Source: Herbaspirillum sp. AP02 (GTDB lineage Bacteria > Pseudomonadota > Gammaproteobacteria > Burkholderiales > Burkholderiaceae_D). From it: 40,000 nucleotides of DNA. This document shows, in pieces, positions 25,915 through 34,932 of the stretch. Positions within the stretch are counted from its first letter, which is position 1; every line of letters starts with the position of its first letter. The notes under the pieces were generated by a model. It worked only from the letters and a program-made list of their open reading frames with translations. It made no database searches and was not told the origin of the DNA. The stretch lies in contig NZ_JADWMY010000003.1 in NCBI RefSeq assembly GCF_015767275.1, positions 353,249 through 393,248 on the forward strand. Direction: 5' to 3'. The position numbers and the translations under genes were made by a program.

Positions 25915-26964
25915 ATGAGAACCACCGCCAATGATCCCGTCGACGCCGTCCTCGCCGTCGGCCTGAAAGACCTGTGGTACCCGATCTGCCCGTCCGAGTT
26001 CGTGGCCGAGAAGCCGGTCTCGCTGCGCCGCCTGGGCAAGAAGTTCGTATTCTGGCGCGAGCCCTCGGGCAAGCTGCATGCCCTGGAAGACCACTGCCCG
26101 CACCGTGGCGCGCCGCTCTCCATGGGCATCCCCATGGGGGACCGCATCGCCTGTGGCTACCACGGCGTGCAGGTGCGCTTCGACGGCGTGGTCACCAGCG
26201 TACCCGGCAGCCCCGGCTGCAAGCTGGAAGGGGCCAAGGCCACGCGTCGCTTCCACGTCACCGAAGCGGCCGGCGCCATCTTCCTCTACAACAGCATGGA
26301 AGACGTCGACACCCCGCCGCCGCTGCGCCTGCCGGAAGAACTGACCAGCCCCGAGTATTCCAACTTCCTGTGCTACACCGAATGGAAGGGTGATTACCGC
26401 TACGTGCTGGACAACGTGATGGACCCGATGCACGGCACCTTCCTGCACAAGCAGTCGCACTCCATGGCCGAAGGCGACAACACTGCCAGCTTCGGCATCC
26501 GCGAGACCGACATCGGCTTCGTCTTCGAAAAGGAAGGCCAGCGCGACGTCAACTTCGACTGGACCGAATGGGGCGATACCGACCTGCACTGGATGCGCCT
26601 GGCCATTCCCTATCCCAAGACCGGCGGCCCGGGCGGCAGCTTCGTCATCATCGGCAGCTACACGCCCATCGTGGACAACATCGCCGCGGTGTTCCACTGG
26701 CGCTGCCGCAAGCTGTCCGGCTGGCAGCGCGACACCTGGCGCTTCCTCTACCGCAACCGCCTGGAAGCGCGCCACTGGAACGTGCTGGAACAGGACCGCG
26801 TGGTGCTGGAACTGATGGAGCCCGACGCCAACCAGCGCGAGATGCTGTACCAGCACGACATGGGCATCGTGCGCCTGCGTCGTCATCTGCGTGGTCTGGC
26901 CAAGGCCCAGCTGGCGCGGGAAGAAGAACTGGCCGCGGCCAAGGCGCCGGTGAAGGCAGCATGA
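25915..26964 (+). CDS. Rieske [2Fe-2S] non-heme-iron oxygenase, alpha-only (VanA / phthalate-family type)
   Basis: Track ORF 25855..26964 starts at TTG. ATG 25915 is preceded by AGGAGAG (25901-25907). Rieske motif CPHRGAPLS...CGYHG. ~350 aa with no beta subunit, as in class IA two-component oxygenases. Confidence 0.85.
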   Translation: MRTTANDPVDAVLAVGLKDLWYPICPSEFVAEKPVSLRRLGKKFVFWREPSGKLHALEDHCPHRGAPLSMGIPMGDRIACGYHGVQVRFDGVVTSVPGSPGCKLEGAKATRRFHVTEAAGAIFLYNSMEDVDTPPPLRLPEELTSPEYSNFLCYTEWKGDYRYVLDNVMDPMHGTFLHKQSHSMAEGDNTASFGIRETDIGFVFEKEGQRDVNFDWTEWGDTDLHWMRLAIPYPKTGGPGGSFVIIGSYTPIVDNIAAVFHWRCRKLSGWQRDTWRFLYRNRLEARHWNVLEQDRVVLELMEPDANQREMLYQHDMGIVRLRRHLRGLAKAQLAREEELAAAKAPVKAA

Positions 26965-27392
26965 ACCACGCAGCAAGCCCGGTCGCCGTGCGCCATGTGA
27001 AGACCGACAAGGTCCCCGAACTGGCCACGGCCACCTGGTCCAACTGCCTGGTGGTGGGTGACGAGATCGTGATGTCCGGCATGACCGCACATCCGGCCTC
27101 GCGCCAGCAGACGCTGGACACCTACCAGCAGACACTGGTGGTGCTGGGCAAGATCCGCGATCTGGTGGAAGCCGCCGGCGGCAACGTCGGCAGCATCACC
27201 AAGCTGGTGATCTATGTCACCGACATCGCGCACAAGGACGAGGTAGGACGCGCCCGGCGCGACTTCTTCGGTACGCCTTATCCGTGCTCGACGCTGGTGG
27301 CGGTGAGCGCACTGGTGTTTCCGGAACTGACGGTGGAGATCGATGCCTTCGCGCGCCTGGGTGTGGACCTGCGGCAGGCAGTGGGCGGTTGA
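26961..27392 (+). CDS. RidA / YjgF / UK114-family protein (enamine/imine deaminase-like)
   Basis: Internal ATG 26961 of track ORF 26568..27392, overlapping the oxygenase stop (ATGA). 143 aa. LVIYVTD and the C-terminal LTVEIDAFA are typical of the family. Confidence 0.75.
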   Translation: MNHAASPVAVRHVKTDKVPELATATWSNCLVVGDEIVMSGMTAHPASRQQTLDTYQQTLVVLGKIRDLVEAAGGNVGSITKLVIYVTDIAHKDEVGRARRDFFGTPYPCSTLVAVSALVFPELTVEIDAFARLGVDLRQAVGG

Positions 27393-27453
27393 TGCAAGTG
27401 GCAGCAAGTGACACGAGGCGGTTTGAACAATCTGATGTGATGGTGGTGCATTC

Positions 27454-28401
27454 ATGAGCAGTCCTCTTATTTCCGTGCGCGTGCAGGCCATGCGCTTTGA
27501 AGCGCAAGGCGTGGTCAGCGTCGAACTGCGCCTGCCCGAGGGCGGCGAGCTGCCGGCCTTCGAGGCCGGTGCGCATATCGACCTGCACCTGGGCAATGGC
27601 CTGGTGCGCAGCTATTCGCTGTCGAACTCGCCGACCGAGCGGCATCGCTATGTGGTCGGTGTGCTCTACGACCGAGGTAGTCGCGGCGGTTCGCGCTACG
27701 TGCATGAACAACTGCGGGTCGGTGCCAGCCTCACCATCTCGGCACCGCGCAACAATTTCCCGCTGGAAGACGCGGCGCCGTTGTCGGTGCTGATCGCCGG
27801 TGGCATCGGCATCACGCCGATCTCCTGCATGTATCACCACCTGCGCGCCCAGGGTCGGGAAGCGGTGTTGCACTACTGCGCCCGCTCGCGCAAGGAAGCG
27901 GCCTTCACCGCCGAGCTGCTGGGCGAGCCGGGTGTGTCCAGCCACTTCGATGACGAGGCCGGCGCGCCGCCTGACCTGCAGGCTTTCCTCGCCGCGCATC
28001 CGAAGGACGCACATTTCTATTGCTGCGGGCCGACGCCCATGCTCAACGCCTTCGAAAACCTGTGCGAAGAACTGGGCCTGCCCAACGTGCACATCGAACG
28101 CTTTGCCGCCGAAAAGGTGGAGGCGGTCCAGACCGGCAGCTACGTGGCCGAACTGGCGCGCAGCAAGTCCAGCGTCACCGTCCCGGCCGGCAAGTCGCTG
28201 CTGGACGCCTTGCTGGATGCCGGCATTGCGGTCGATCACAGCTGCCGCGAAGGGGTTTGCGGCGCCTGCGAGACCAAGGTGTTGGAGGGTGAACTGGAAC
28301 ATCGCGACGGCGTGCTCAGCAAGGCCGAGCGCGCTTCCGGCAAGACCATGATGGTGTGCGTATCCGGCTGCAAGGGACAACGCCTGGTGCTGGACCTGTA
28401 G
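27454..28401 (+). CDS. Oxygenase reductase, phthalate-dioxygenase-reductase type (flavin/NAD domain plus C-terminal plant-type [2Fe-2S])
   Basis: 315 aa. RSYSLSN flavin motif, LIAGGIGITP NAD motif, and a C-terminal CREGVCGACETKV...MVCVS ferredoxin cysteine pattern. Confidence 0.85.
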   Translation: MSSPLISVRVQAMRFEAQGVVSVELRLPEGGELPAFEAGAHIDLHLGNGLVRSYSLSNSPTERHRYVVGVLYDRGSRGGSRYVHEQLRVGASLTISAPRNNFPLEDAAPLSVLIAGGIGITPISCMYHHLRAQGREAVLHYCARSRKEAAFTAELLGEPGVSSHFDDEAGAPPDLQAFLAAHPKDAHFYCCGPTPMLNAFENLCEELGLPNVHIERFAAEKVEAVQTGSYVAELARSKSSVTVPAGKSLLDALLDAGIAVDHSCREGVCGACETKVLEGELEHRDGVLSKAERASGKTMMVCVSGCKGQRLVLDL

Positions 28402-28453
28402 CTGGATCTGGATCTGTAATGCAGCGTGGCCCGGGCAGCATTTGCCCGGCCCC

Positions 28454-28484
28454 ATGCCCGTGCTCAGGCACCGGGCATTTTTTT
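28454..28484 (+). terminator. Rho-independent terminator ending the 18-gene operon
   Basis: Stem atgcccg (28454-28460) / cgggcat (28472-28478) with an inner tg/ca extension, followed by a 7-T tract. It is preceded by a second GC hairpin (28428-28451) that has no T tract. Confidence 0.65.
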
Positions 28485-28696
28485 GAGCCTGATGAATTTT
28501 GTGGAACGTCGATCCATAGGTGAAACAGATAACACCGGATCACGCACCACCTGGCAAGCGGCGCCCGCCGACCATGCGGGACAGGGCGCAGCGCTTGTCG
28601 GCAGAAGTCACCTTCCCTGCGCACGGGGCGCCGGGGAGCAGTGAGTGCAAGCGGCCTGGCCGCATGTTTGGACTTTATTCGTTGAAGGGGAGTTTG

Positions 28697-29782
28697 ATGA
28701 AGAAGTTAATGATTGCCGCAGCGGCATCCTGTCTATCGACAGCTGCCTTTGCGCAGAGCAGCGTCACCATCTACGGCAGCCTCGATGCTGGCGTGGCCTA
28801 TATCAACAACCTCAATGGCGGATCGGTGTCGCGCCTGGATCAGGGCACGATGCAGCCGGATCGTATCGGCTTTCGTGGCACCGAGGACCTGGGCGGCAAT
28901 CTGAAGGCGATCTTCCAGCTGGAAGCCGGCTTCTACACCGACACCGGCGGCACGCCCAATTCCTCCAAGCTGTTCAATCGCTACAGCACCATCGGCCTGT
29001 CCGGCGACTTCGGCGCGGTGACCCTGGGCCACATGCCGGACGTGGTGTTCGACTACGTGGGCAAGCTGTCCAACGGCTTCCAGCTGACCAACTGGTACCT
29101 GTTCCACCCGGGTAACCTGGACAGCCTCGCCAACACCTACCAGTCCGACAATGCGGTGCGCTATACCTCGCCCACCGCAGGCGGCTTCCAGGGCAGCCTG
29201 ATGTACGGCTTCGGCGAAGTGGCCGGCGACAGCAGCAACGGTCGCAACGTCAGCGCCGGTGCGACCTACACCAATGGCCCGTTCCGCGCGGCCCTGGCGT
29301 ATTCCAAGCTGAACAACCGTGCCGCCGGTTACGCCGGTACCTTCCTCAGCAGCGTCGGCCTGGGCAATGCGGCGACGGTCTTCAACAGCCTGACCACCAC
29401 CGCCGGCGGCCTGGGTTACACCATCGGCAGCGTGCGCCTGAACACCGCCTACACCCAGGTCAAGCTGGCCATGCCCAGCGGCGCCACGCCCAAGCAGAAG
29501 AACCTGGACCTGGGCGCGGCCTGGCGCTATGCCACGCTGGACACCATCAACTTCGGTTATGGCCTGTCCAAGCTGGAAGGCGCGCGCTGGAACACCTTCA
29601 GCCTGTCGCACGTGCATGAGTTCTCCAAGCGCACCCAGTGGTACGTGCAGGCCGCCTACCAGCGTGCCGGCGGCGATGCGCGCTTTGCCGTCATGAACGG
29701 TACCGGTGCCAGCGGTTCCACCGGTGTCTCCGGCGGCCAGGGCCAACTGGTCACCACCATCGGCATGCACCACTCGTTCTAA
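28697..29782 (+). CDS. Outer-membrane general porin (betaproteobacterial OmpC/Omp32-like)
   Basis: Track ORF 28520..29782; internal ATG 28697. Signal peptide MKKLMIAAAASCLSTAAFAQ, then SSVTIYGSLDAGV, typical of Burkholderiales porins. C-terminal ...IGMHHSF ends in Phe. Confidence 0.85.
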   Translation: MKKLMIAAAASCLSTAAFAQSSVTIYGSLDAGVAYINNLNGGSVSRLDQGTMQPDRIGFRGTEDLGGNLKAIFQLEAGFYTDTGGTPNSSKLFNRYSTIGLSGDFGAVTLGHMPDVVFDYVGKLSNGFQLTNWYLFHPGNLDSLANTYQSDNAVRYTSPTAGGFQGSLMYGFGEVAGDSSNGRNVSAGATYTNGPFRAALAYSKLNNRAAGYAGTFLSSVGLGNAATVFNSLTTTAGGLGYTIGSVRLNTAYTQVKLAMPSGATPKQKNLDLGAAWRYATLDTINFGYGLSKLEGARWNTFSLSHVHEFSKRTQWYVQAAYQRAGGDARFAVMNGTGASGSTGVSGGQGQLVTTIGMHHSF

Positions 29783-29874
29783 GGCCATCTTTGGATGGCT
29801 GGCATTACCTTCTGTGAATAGTCTTGTCTTGCGTATTCCGACCCTGGAGCGGGTTGGGATTTCGTAGTGCCTTG

Positions 29875-29908
29875 GGCGGAGGAAGTCCTCTTTCTCCGCC
29901 ATTTTTTT
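29875..29908 (+). terminator. Rho-independent terminator of the porin gene
   Basis: 11-bp stem ggcggaggaag / ctttctccgcc (one G-T wobble), loop tcct, followed by A then 7 T (29902-29908). Confidence 0.8.
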
Positions 29909-29983
29909 ATCCAAACCGAATTCATTGCCGGTGGGCATCAGCACATCGTCCCCCTGGCATTCTTGCGTTGCGGAGAAAGCCTC

Positions 29984-31651
29984 ATGATTGCAAATCTCAA
30001 ACTGGGCGCCCGTCTTGGACTGGGCTTCGGACTGGTACTGGCGCTGCTGGCCGGGATCACGGGACTGGCCATCGCCAGCCTGTCCACGCTGCACCAGGGC
30101 ACGCGCCAGATCGTCGAAGACCGCTACCCGCAGGTCTTGCTGGCCAATGACGTGCTCTTGCGCATCAGCGAGAATGCCAGCGCCATGCGCAACCTGCTGC
30201 TGCTGGACGACCACCAGAAACTGATCGAGGAAATCGCCCGCATCGACAAGGGGGAAGCCGCCATCGGCGGAGATCTCGGCAAACTGCAGGCGCGCCTGTC
30301 CAGCGAGCAGGGCCGCAAGTCCTTCGCCGAGATATTGTCCCTGCGTGCCAGCTACCGGCAGGGCCAGCAGCGTTTCCTGCAACTGGCCTCCACCGGCGCC
30401 ACCATGGATGCCACCGAGCTATTGATGACCAGCCTGCGCCAGGACCAGGACAAGTACATCGCCCGCCTCAAAAGCTATATTTCGGTGGGCACCATGATGA
30501 TGGAGCGCAGCGGCCAGGAAGCCGCCGACCAATACCACGGCAAGACCCTGATCATGCTGGCCATCGCTGCCCTGGCGGTGTTGCTGGGTGGCGGCTTTGC
30601 CTGGTGGACCACGCGTTCCATCACGCGCCCGGTGCGCCATGCAGTGGAGGTGGCGCAGCAGGTGGCCGATGGCAACCTGTGCAGCGAGATCCGGGCCGGC
30701 GCGCGTGACGAGATCGGCCAGTTGCTGGAGGCCTTGCGCCAGATGAATGGCAGTCTCACCCGCATCGTGGCCGATGTGCGCGGCGGGGCCGAGACCATCG
30801 CCACCGCCTCGGCCGAGATCGCCGGTGGCAACCTGGACCTCTCGGCGCGCACCGAACAGCAGGCCGGATCACTGGAAGAAACGGCGGCGGCGATGGAGGA
30901 ACTGACGTCCACCGTGCGCCAGAATGCCGAGAACGCGCAGCAGGCCAACCAACTGGCCTCGGATGCCTCCGGCGTGGCGGCGCGCAGCGGGGAAGTGGTG
31001 CAGCAGGTGGTGAGCACCATGCAGGGCATCAGCGAGGCCTCGCGCCGCATCGTCGACATCATCGGCGTGATCGACGGCATCGCATTCCAAACCAATATCC
31101 TGGCGCTCAATGCGGCGGTGGAGGCGGCGCGTGCCGGCGAGCAGGGCAGGGGCTTTGCAGTGGTGGCCTCGGAAGTGCGCTCGCTGGCCCAGCGCTCGGC
31201 CACGGCGGCCAAGGAGATCAAGGCGCTGATCGATGATTCGGTGGCGCAGGTGGATGCCGGTGGGCGCCTGGTGGTACAGGCCGGCACCACGATGGGCGAG
31301 GTGGTGGACAGCGTGCGACGGGTGTCGCACATCGTCGGCGAGATCAGCATGGCCACGCAGGAACAGCGCGCCGGTATCGAACAGGTCAATCACGCCATCA
31401 CCCACATGGATGAAACCACCCAGCAGAACGCGGCGCTGGTGGAACAGGCCGCCGCCGCGGCCCAGTCCTTGCAGGACCAGTCGCAGCGGCTACGTGAGCT
31501 GGTGGGTGTGTTCCGGCTGCATGACGTGCGACCGGAGCGGACGATGCTTCAGGCCGCCGAGGTGGACGATGAGGAAGCTGTCGCGGCCTTGCCGCGATAC
31601 AGCACCAGTGTGGCGATCAGCCCGCAGAGGGCGGCAAAGCTCATCCAGTAA
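29984..31651 (+). CDS. Methyl-accepting chemotaxis protein
   Basis: Track ORF 29867..31651. Internal ATG 29984 follows GGAGA and gives [25 protein letters not shown] (TM1). A second TM and a HAMP domain follow. The highly conserved signalling hairpin is present: [40 protein letters not shown]. Confidence 0.85.
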   Translation: MIANLKLGARLGLGFGLVLALLAGITGLAIASLSTLHQGTRQIVEDRYPQVLLANDVLLRISENASAMRNLLLLDDHQKLIEEIARIDKGEAAIGGDLGKLQARLSSEQGRKSFAEILSLRASYRQGQQRFLQLASTGATMDATELLMTSLRQDQDKYIARLKSYISVGTMMMERSGQEAADQYHGKTLIMLAIAALAVLLGGGFAWWTTRSITRPVRHAVEVAQQVADGNLCSEIRAGARDEIGQLLEALRQMNGSLTRIVADVRGGAETIATASAEIAGGNLDLSARTEQQAGSLEETAAAMEELTSTVRQNAENAQQANQLASDASGVAARSGEVVQQVVSTMQGISEASRRIVDIIGVIDGIAFQTNILALNAAVEAARAGEQGRGFAVVASEVRSLAQRSATAAKEIKALIDDSVAQVDAGGRLVVQAGTTMGEVVDSVRRVSHIVGEISMATQEQRAGIEQVNHAITHMDETTQQNAALVEQAAAAAQSLQDQSQRLRELVGVFRLHDVRPERTMLQAAEVDDEEAVAALPRYSTSVAISPQRAAKLIQ

Positions 31652-32862
31652 CCCGGTGCTGCCTTGTCACCTGAGGTCTCGATCAGCCAGGTCGAGACCA
31701 GCGGCGTGAAGCCGCCGAAGATGGCAGTAGCCAGGCTGTAGGCCAGCGAGAAACCGACCGTGCGCACATGCGCCGGCATCACCTCGGTGAGCGCCACCAC
31801 GGCCGCGCCGTTATAGCTGGCATAGAGGAAGGACAACCACAGTTCGGTGATGAGCAGGTTCTTGAAGCTGATGTCCGAGACCAGCCACGACATGATCGGG
31901 TAGGCGGTCAGCAGGGTCAGCACCGTGAAGGCCACCAGCACCGGGCGGCGCCCCACGCGGTCCGACAGCGCGCCCATGATGGGCAGCCAGCAGAAGTTGG
32001 ACAGGCCCACGCAGAAGGTGACGATGAGGCTATCCGAGGACGACAGCTTGAGCACGTTCTTGCCGAAGGTGGGGGTGTAGACCGTGATGAGATAGAAGGA
32101 CACGGTCGTCATCACCACCATCATCATGCCGGCCACCACGATCTTCCAGTTCTGTGCGATGGAGGCCATGATTTCGCCAAAGCGCGGATGGTGCTTGCGG
32201 GCCAGGAATTCCTCGGTCTCCTGCAGCGAACGGCGGATGATGAAGATGGCCGGTACGATCAGGCAGCCGATGAAGAAGGGAATGCGCCAGCCCCAGTCGC
32301 TGATCTGCGCCGGTGCCAGCGACTGGCTGACCAGATAGCCGATCAGGGCGGAGGCCATGATGGCCGCCTGCTGGCTGGCGGACTGCCAGCTGACATAAAA
32401 GCCCTTGTTGCCAGGCGTGGCCATTTCGGCCAGATAGACCGACACGCCACCCAGTTCCACCCCCGCCGAGAACCCTTGCAGCAGCCGCCCGGTCAGCACC
32501 AGGATGGGCGCGGCCACGCCGATGGTGGCGTAGCCCGGCACGAAGGCGATCAGCAGTGTGCCGATGGCCATGATGGCCAGCGTCACGATCAGGCCCTGGC
32601 GGCGGCCGACGCGGTCGATGTAGCTACCCAGGATGATGGCGCCCAGGGGACGCATCAGGAAGCCCGCACCGAAGGTGCCGAAGGTCAGGATCAGCGAGAC
32701 GAACTCGTTGTCCGACGGGAAGAAGGTCTTCGAAATGTAGCTGGCATAGAAGCCATACAGGAAGAAGTCGAACATCTCCAGGAAGTTGCCGCTGGTCACC
32801 CGCAGGACGGTGGACAGCTTGGAGTGTTGGATGCTTTTTGTGTTTGTTGTGCTTGTGGTCAT
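31549..32862 (-). CDS. MFS transporter, metabolite:H+ symporter family (KgtP/ProP/citrate-like)
   Basis: 437 aa, ~12 [19 protein letters not shown] matches the MFS loop 2-3 motif, and LSDRVGRRP is the repeated motif in the second half. Confidence 0.85.
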   Translation of the reverse strand: MTTSTTNTKSIQHSKLSTVLRVTSGNFLEMFDFFLYGFYASYISKTFFPSDNEFVSLILTFGTFGAGFLMRPLGAIILGSYIDRVGRRQGLIVTLAIMAIGTLLIAFVPGYATIGVAAPILVLTGRLLQGFSAGVELGGVSVYLAEMATPGNKGFYVSWQSASQQAAIMASALIGYLVSQSLAPAQISDWGWRIPFFIGCLIVPAIFIIRRSLQETEEFLARKHHPRFGEIMASIAQNWKIVVAGMMMVVMTTVSFYLITVYTPTFGKNVLKLSSSDSLIVTFCVGLSNFCWLPIMGALSDRVGRRPVLVAFTVLTLLTAYPIMSWLVSDISFKNLLITELWLSFLYASYNGAAVVALTEVMPAHVRTVGFSLAYSLATAIFGGFTPLVSTWLIETSGDKAAPGYWMSFAALCGLIATLVLYRGKAATASSSSTSAA

Positions 32863-32910
32863 GTCGGTCTCTCTCTTCTTTCTTTATTCAGGCGCTGGAT
32901 CAGCCGTCGA

Positions 32911-33699
32911 TCAGCGCGGCGCCGGGTCCAGGCCGGAGGCCTTGATGGCCGCCTCGGCTTCCGGCGAGGCCAGGTATTGCAGCAGTTCCCTGGCGGCCTG
33001 CGGCTCCTTGGTGCCGACCACGACGCCTACGGAGAACGGAGTAAGCTGCTGCGCGCTTTCGGGGATGGGGCCGATGATGTCAATGCCCTTGATCGGCTTG
33101 AGCTCGGAGATCTGCTGCAGTCCGATTTCTGCCTCGCCGCGCGCCACCACTTCACCCACCGGCTCGGCGGGGATCATGCGGCCCTTGTAGGCCATCTGCT
33201 GGTCGATGCCCAGGCGCTTGAACAGCTTGGTGGAGAGGAATACGCCGCTGGCGCTATCCGAATAGACCACCGAGTGCGCCGTCAGCAGCGTGCGCTTGAA
33301 GGCATCCAGCGTGGAGATATCAGGCCGGGGTGCGCCGGCCTTGACCGCCAGACCGATGCGCGAGAGCGCCAGCAGCTTGTGCTCGGAGCGCGACACCTTG
33401 CCCTCGGCCACCAGCTTGTCCAGCGCGTCACCGACCATGATCACCACGTCGATAGGTTCACCGCGCTTGAGACGGTTGGGGATGGCCTGCGGGGTTTCGC
33501 CCATGGAAGGGCCCCAGCCGGAGATGAGCTTGTGGCCGGTCTTCTTCTCGAAGTCCGGGGCCAGTGCCTTGTAGGCGGCGGCAAAACCGCCTGAGCTGAC
33601 CACGTGGATATCGGCTGCGGTGGCCAGGCTGCTGGCAGCACCGATGACCAGGGCCAGCACGCTGCGCTGGAGGACGGAATGGGTGAGGATGCTTTTCAT
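32911..33699 (-). CDS. Periplasmic substrate-binding protein, ModA/PBP2-like (no cognate ABC permease or ATPase nearby)
   Basis: 262 aa. Signal peptide ending SLATA/AD. IHVVSSGGFAAAYKALAPDFEKKTGHKL resembles molybdate/tungstate-type type II binding proteins. Co-directional with and 48 nt upstream of the MFS gene. Confidence 0.65.
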   Translation of the reverse strand: MKSILTHSVLQRSVLALVIGAASSLATAADIHVVSSGGFAAAYKALAPDFEKKTGHKLISGWGPSMGETPQAIPNRLKRGEPIDVVIMVGDALDKLVAEGKVSRSEHKLLALSRIGLAVKAGAPRPDISTLDAFKRTLLTAHSVVYSDSASGVFLSTKLFKRLGIDQQMAYKGRMIPAEPVGEVVARGEAEIGLQQISELKPIKGIDIIGPIPESAQQLTPFSVGVVVGTKEPQAARELLQYLASPEAEAAIKASGLDPAPR

Positions 33700-33764
33700 G
33701 GGATCTCCGATTGGCGTTTTTAATTTGAACTAGCCCGGCAGTGTGCGGAGTATCCTTTGAAAAG

Positions 33765-33778
33765 TTAATTGCATTTAA
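33765..33778. promoter_or_regulatory. Possible LysR box (TTAATTGCATTTAA, T-N11-A type imperfect palindrome)
   Basis: Lies in the 97-bp divergent intergenic region between the SBP/MFS pair and the LysR gene. Called by eye only. Confidence 0.25.
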
Positions 33779-33796
33779 TCTTGGGATTGATAAAAA

Positions 33797-34723
33797 ATGC
33801 GCATCAATATCGAGACCTCCGAATTACAGGCTTTCATCGCCGTGGCGCGCCAATCCAGCTTCCGGGCGGCGGCCGAGGGCCTGTTCATCACCCAGCCGGC
33901 GCTGAGCCGGCGCATCGAGAACCTGGAACAGGCGCTGCAGGAACGCCTGTTCGACCGCACCACTCGGCGCGTTTCCCTGACCCCGGCGGGCGAGCTGTTC
34001 CTGGTGCATGCCCAGGCGGTGATGGAAGAACTGGAACTGGCCGTCAAGAGTGTGGAGCAGGGCATGGCGCAACGCCGCCAGCATGTGACGGTGGCCTGCG
34101 TGCCTTCGGTGGCCAACAACCTGCTGCCGCTGGTATTGAAGCCCTATGCGCGCAGCCATCCCAATGTGCGGGTGCGCATCATCGACGAGAGCGCGGCTGA
34201 CGTACTGGAGAGCGTGCGCAAGGGCGAGGCGGACTTCGGCGTGAACTTCATCGGCGCACAGGAGGCTGAGATCGATTTCGAGGAGCTGACCCGCGAGCGC
34301 TACCTGGCGGTCATGCCGGCCCATCATCCACTGGCAGTGCATGCCACCCTGAACTGGAAATCGCTGGCCGGGGAAAAGCTGGTCTCGGTCTCGTCCAGCA
34401 GCGGCAACCGCAGCCTGATCGACAATGCCTTCGCCCGCGTACCGCAGCGCCCGGTGATCCAGTACGAGACCAACCACGTGGCCGGCGCCATCAGCCTGGT
34501 CGCCGCCGGCCTGGGCGTAGCCCTGCTGCCGGAGCTGGCGCTGCGTAACGCCCCCTACAAGGGCATCGTGGCGCGCCCGGTAACCAGCCCGGTCCTCAGC
34601 CGCGCCATGGGCCTGATCAGTTTGAAGGGACGGGTACTCAACCCGGCCGCAGCGACGCTGGCCCAGGCGTTGCGCGATGCGATCATGACCAAGGGCAAGA
34701 GATCGTCAGCGCGGGAAGACTGA
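33797..34723 (+). CDS. LysR-family transcriptional regulator
   Basis: 308 aa. N-terminal HTH LQAFIAVARQSSFRAAAEGLFITQPALSRRIENLE. Divergent from the SBP-MFS pair. Confidence 0.85.
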   Translation: MRINIETSELQAFIAVARQSSFRAAAEGLFITQPALSRRIENLEQALQERLFDRTTRRVSLTPAGELFLVHAQAVMEELELAVKSVEQGMAQRRQHVTVACVPSVANNLLPLVLKPYARSHPNVRVRIIDESAADVLESVRKGEADFGVNFIGAQEAEIDFEELTRERYLAVMPAHHPLAVHATLNWKSLAGEKLVSVSSSSGNRSLIDNAFARVPQRPVIQYETNHVAGAISLVAAGLGVALLPELALRNAPYKGIVARPVTSPVLSRAMGLISLKGRVLNPAAATLAQALRDAIMTKGKRSSARED

Positions 34724-34802
34724 CCCTGGCCGGACTGCCTATTTTTTGTGCGGTTTATTGGGAGGGCAGGCGGGGACGCCGCTTGCGCATCGGGGAAATG
34801 GG

Positions 34803-34837
34803 TTATCCACAAATTTATGCACATAAATCGTGGATAA
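34803..34837. promoter_or_regulatory. Cluster of three DnaA-box-like 9-mers
   Basis: TTATCCACA (34803-34811, perfect consensus). TTATGCACA (34815-34823, fits TTATNCACA). TTATCCACG on the opposite strand (34829-34837, 8/9). Together they form an imperfect 35-bp palindrome around an AT-rich centre. Confidence 0.35.
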
Positions 34838-34900
34838 GTTTCCTGTAATGACGGGGTTTCTGGCGGTGTTGCGTAAATTGTTTGCAAAAACGCGGCCCAT

Positions 34901-34932
34901 AAAAAAAGGCCCTCGCTGGGGAGGGCCTTTTT
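34901..34932. terminator. Bidirectional rho-independent terminator not attached to any annotated gene
   Basis: A7 tract, stem ggccctc (34908-34914) / gagggcc (34921-34927), then a T5 tract. The nearest plus-strand gene end is 180 nt upstream. The nearest minus-strand gene end (TetR) is about 300 nt away. Confidence 0.6.

Noticed and set aside
34803-34837. Interpreting the DnaA-box triplet as the chromosomal replication origin
   Set aside because: There are no dnaA/dnaN/gyrB or parAB neighbours, only three boxes, and no obvious tandem AT-rich 13-mer unwinding element. I kept it as a finding with alternative explanations instead.
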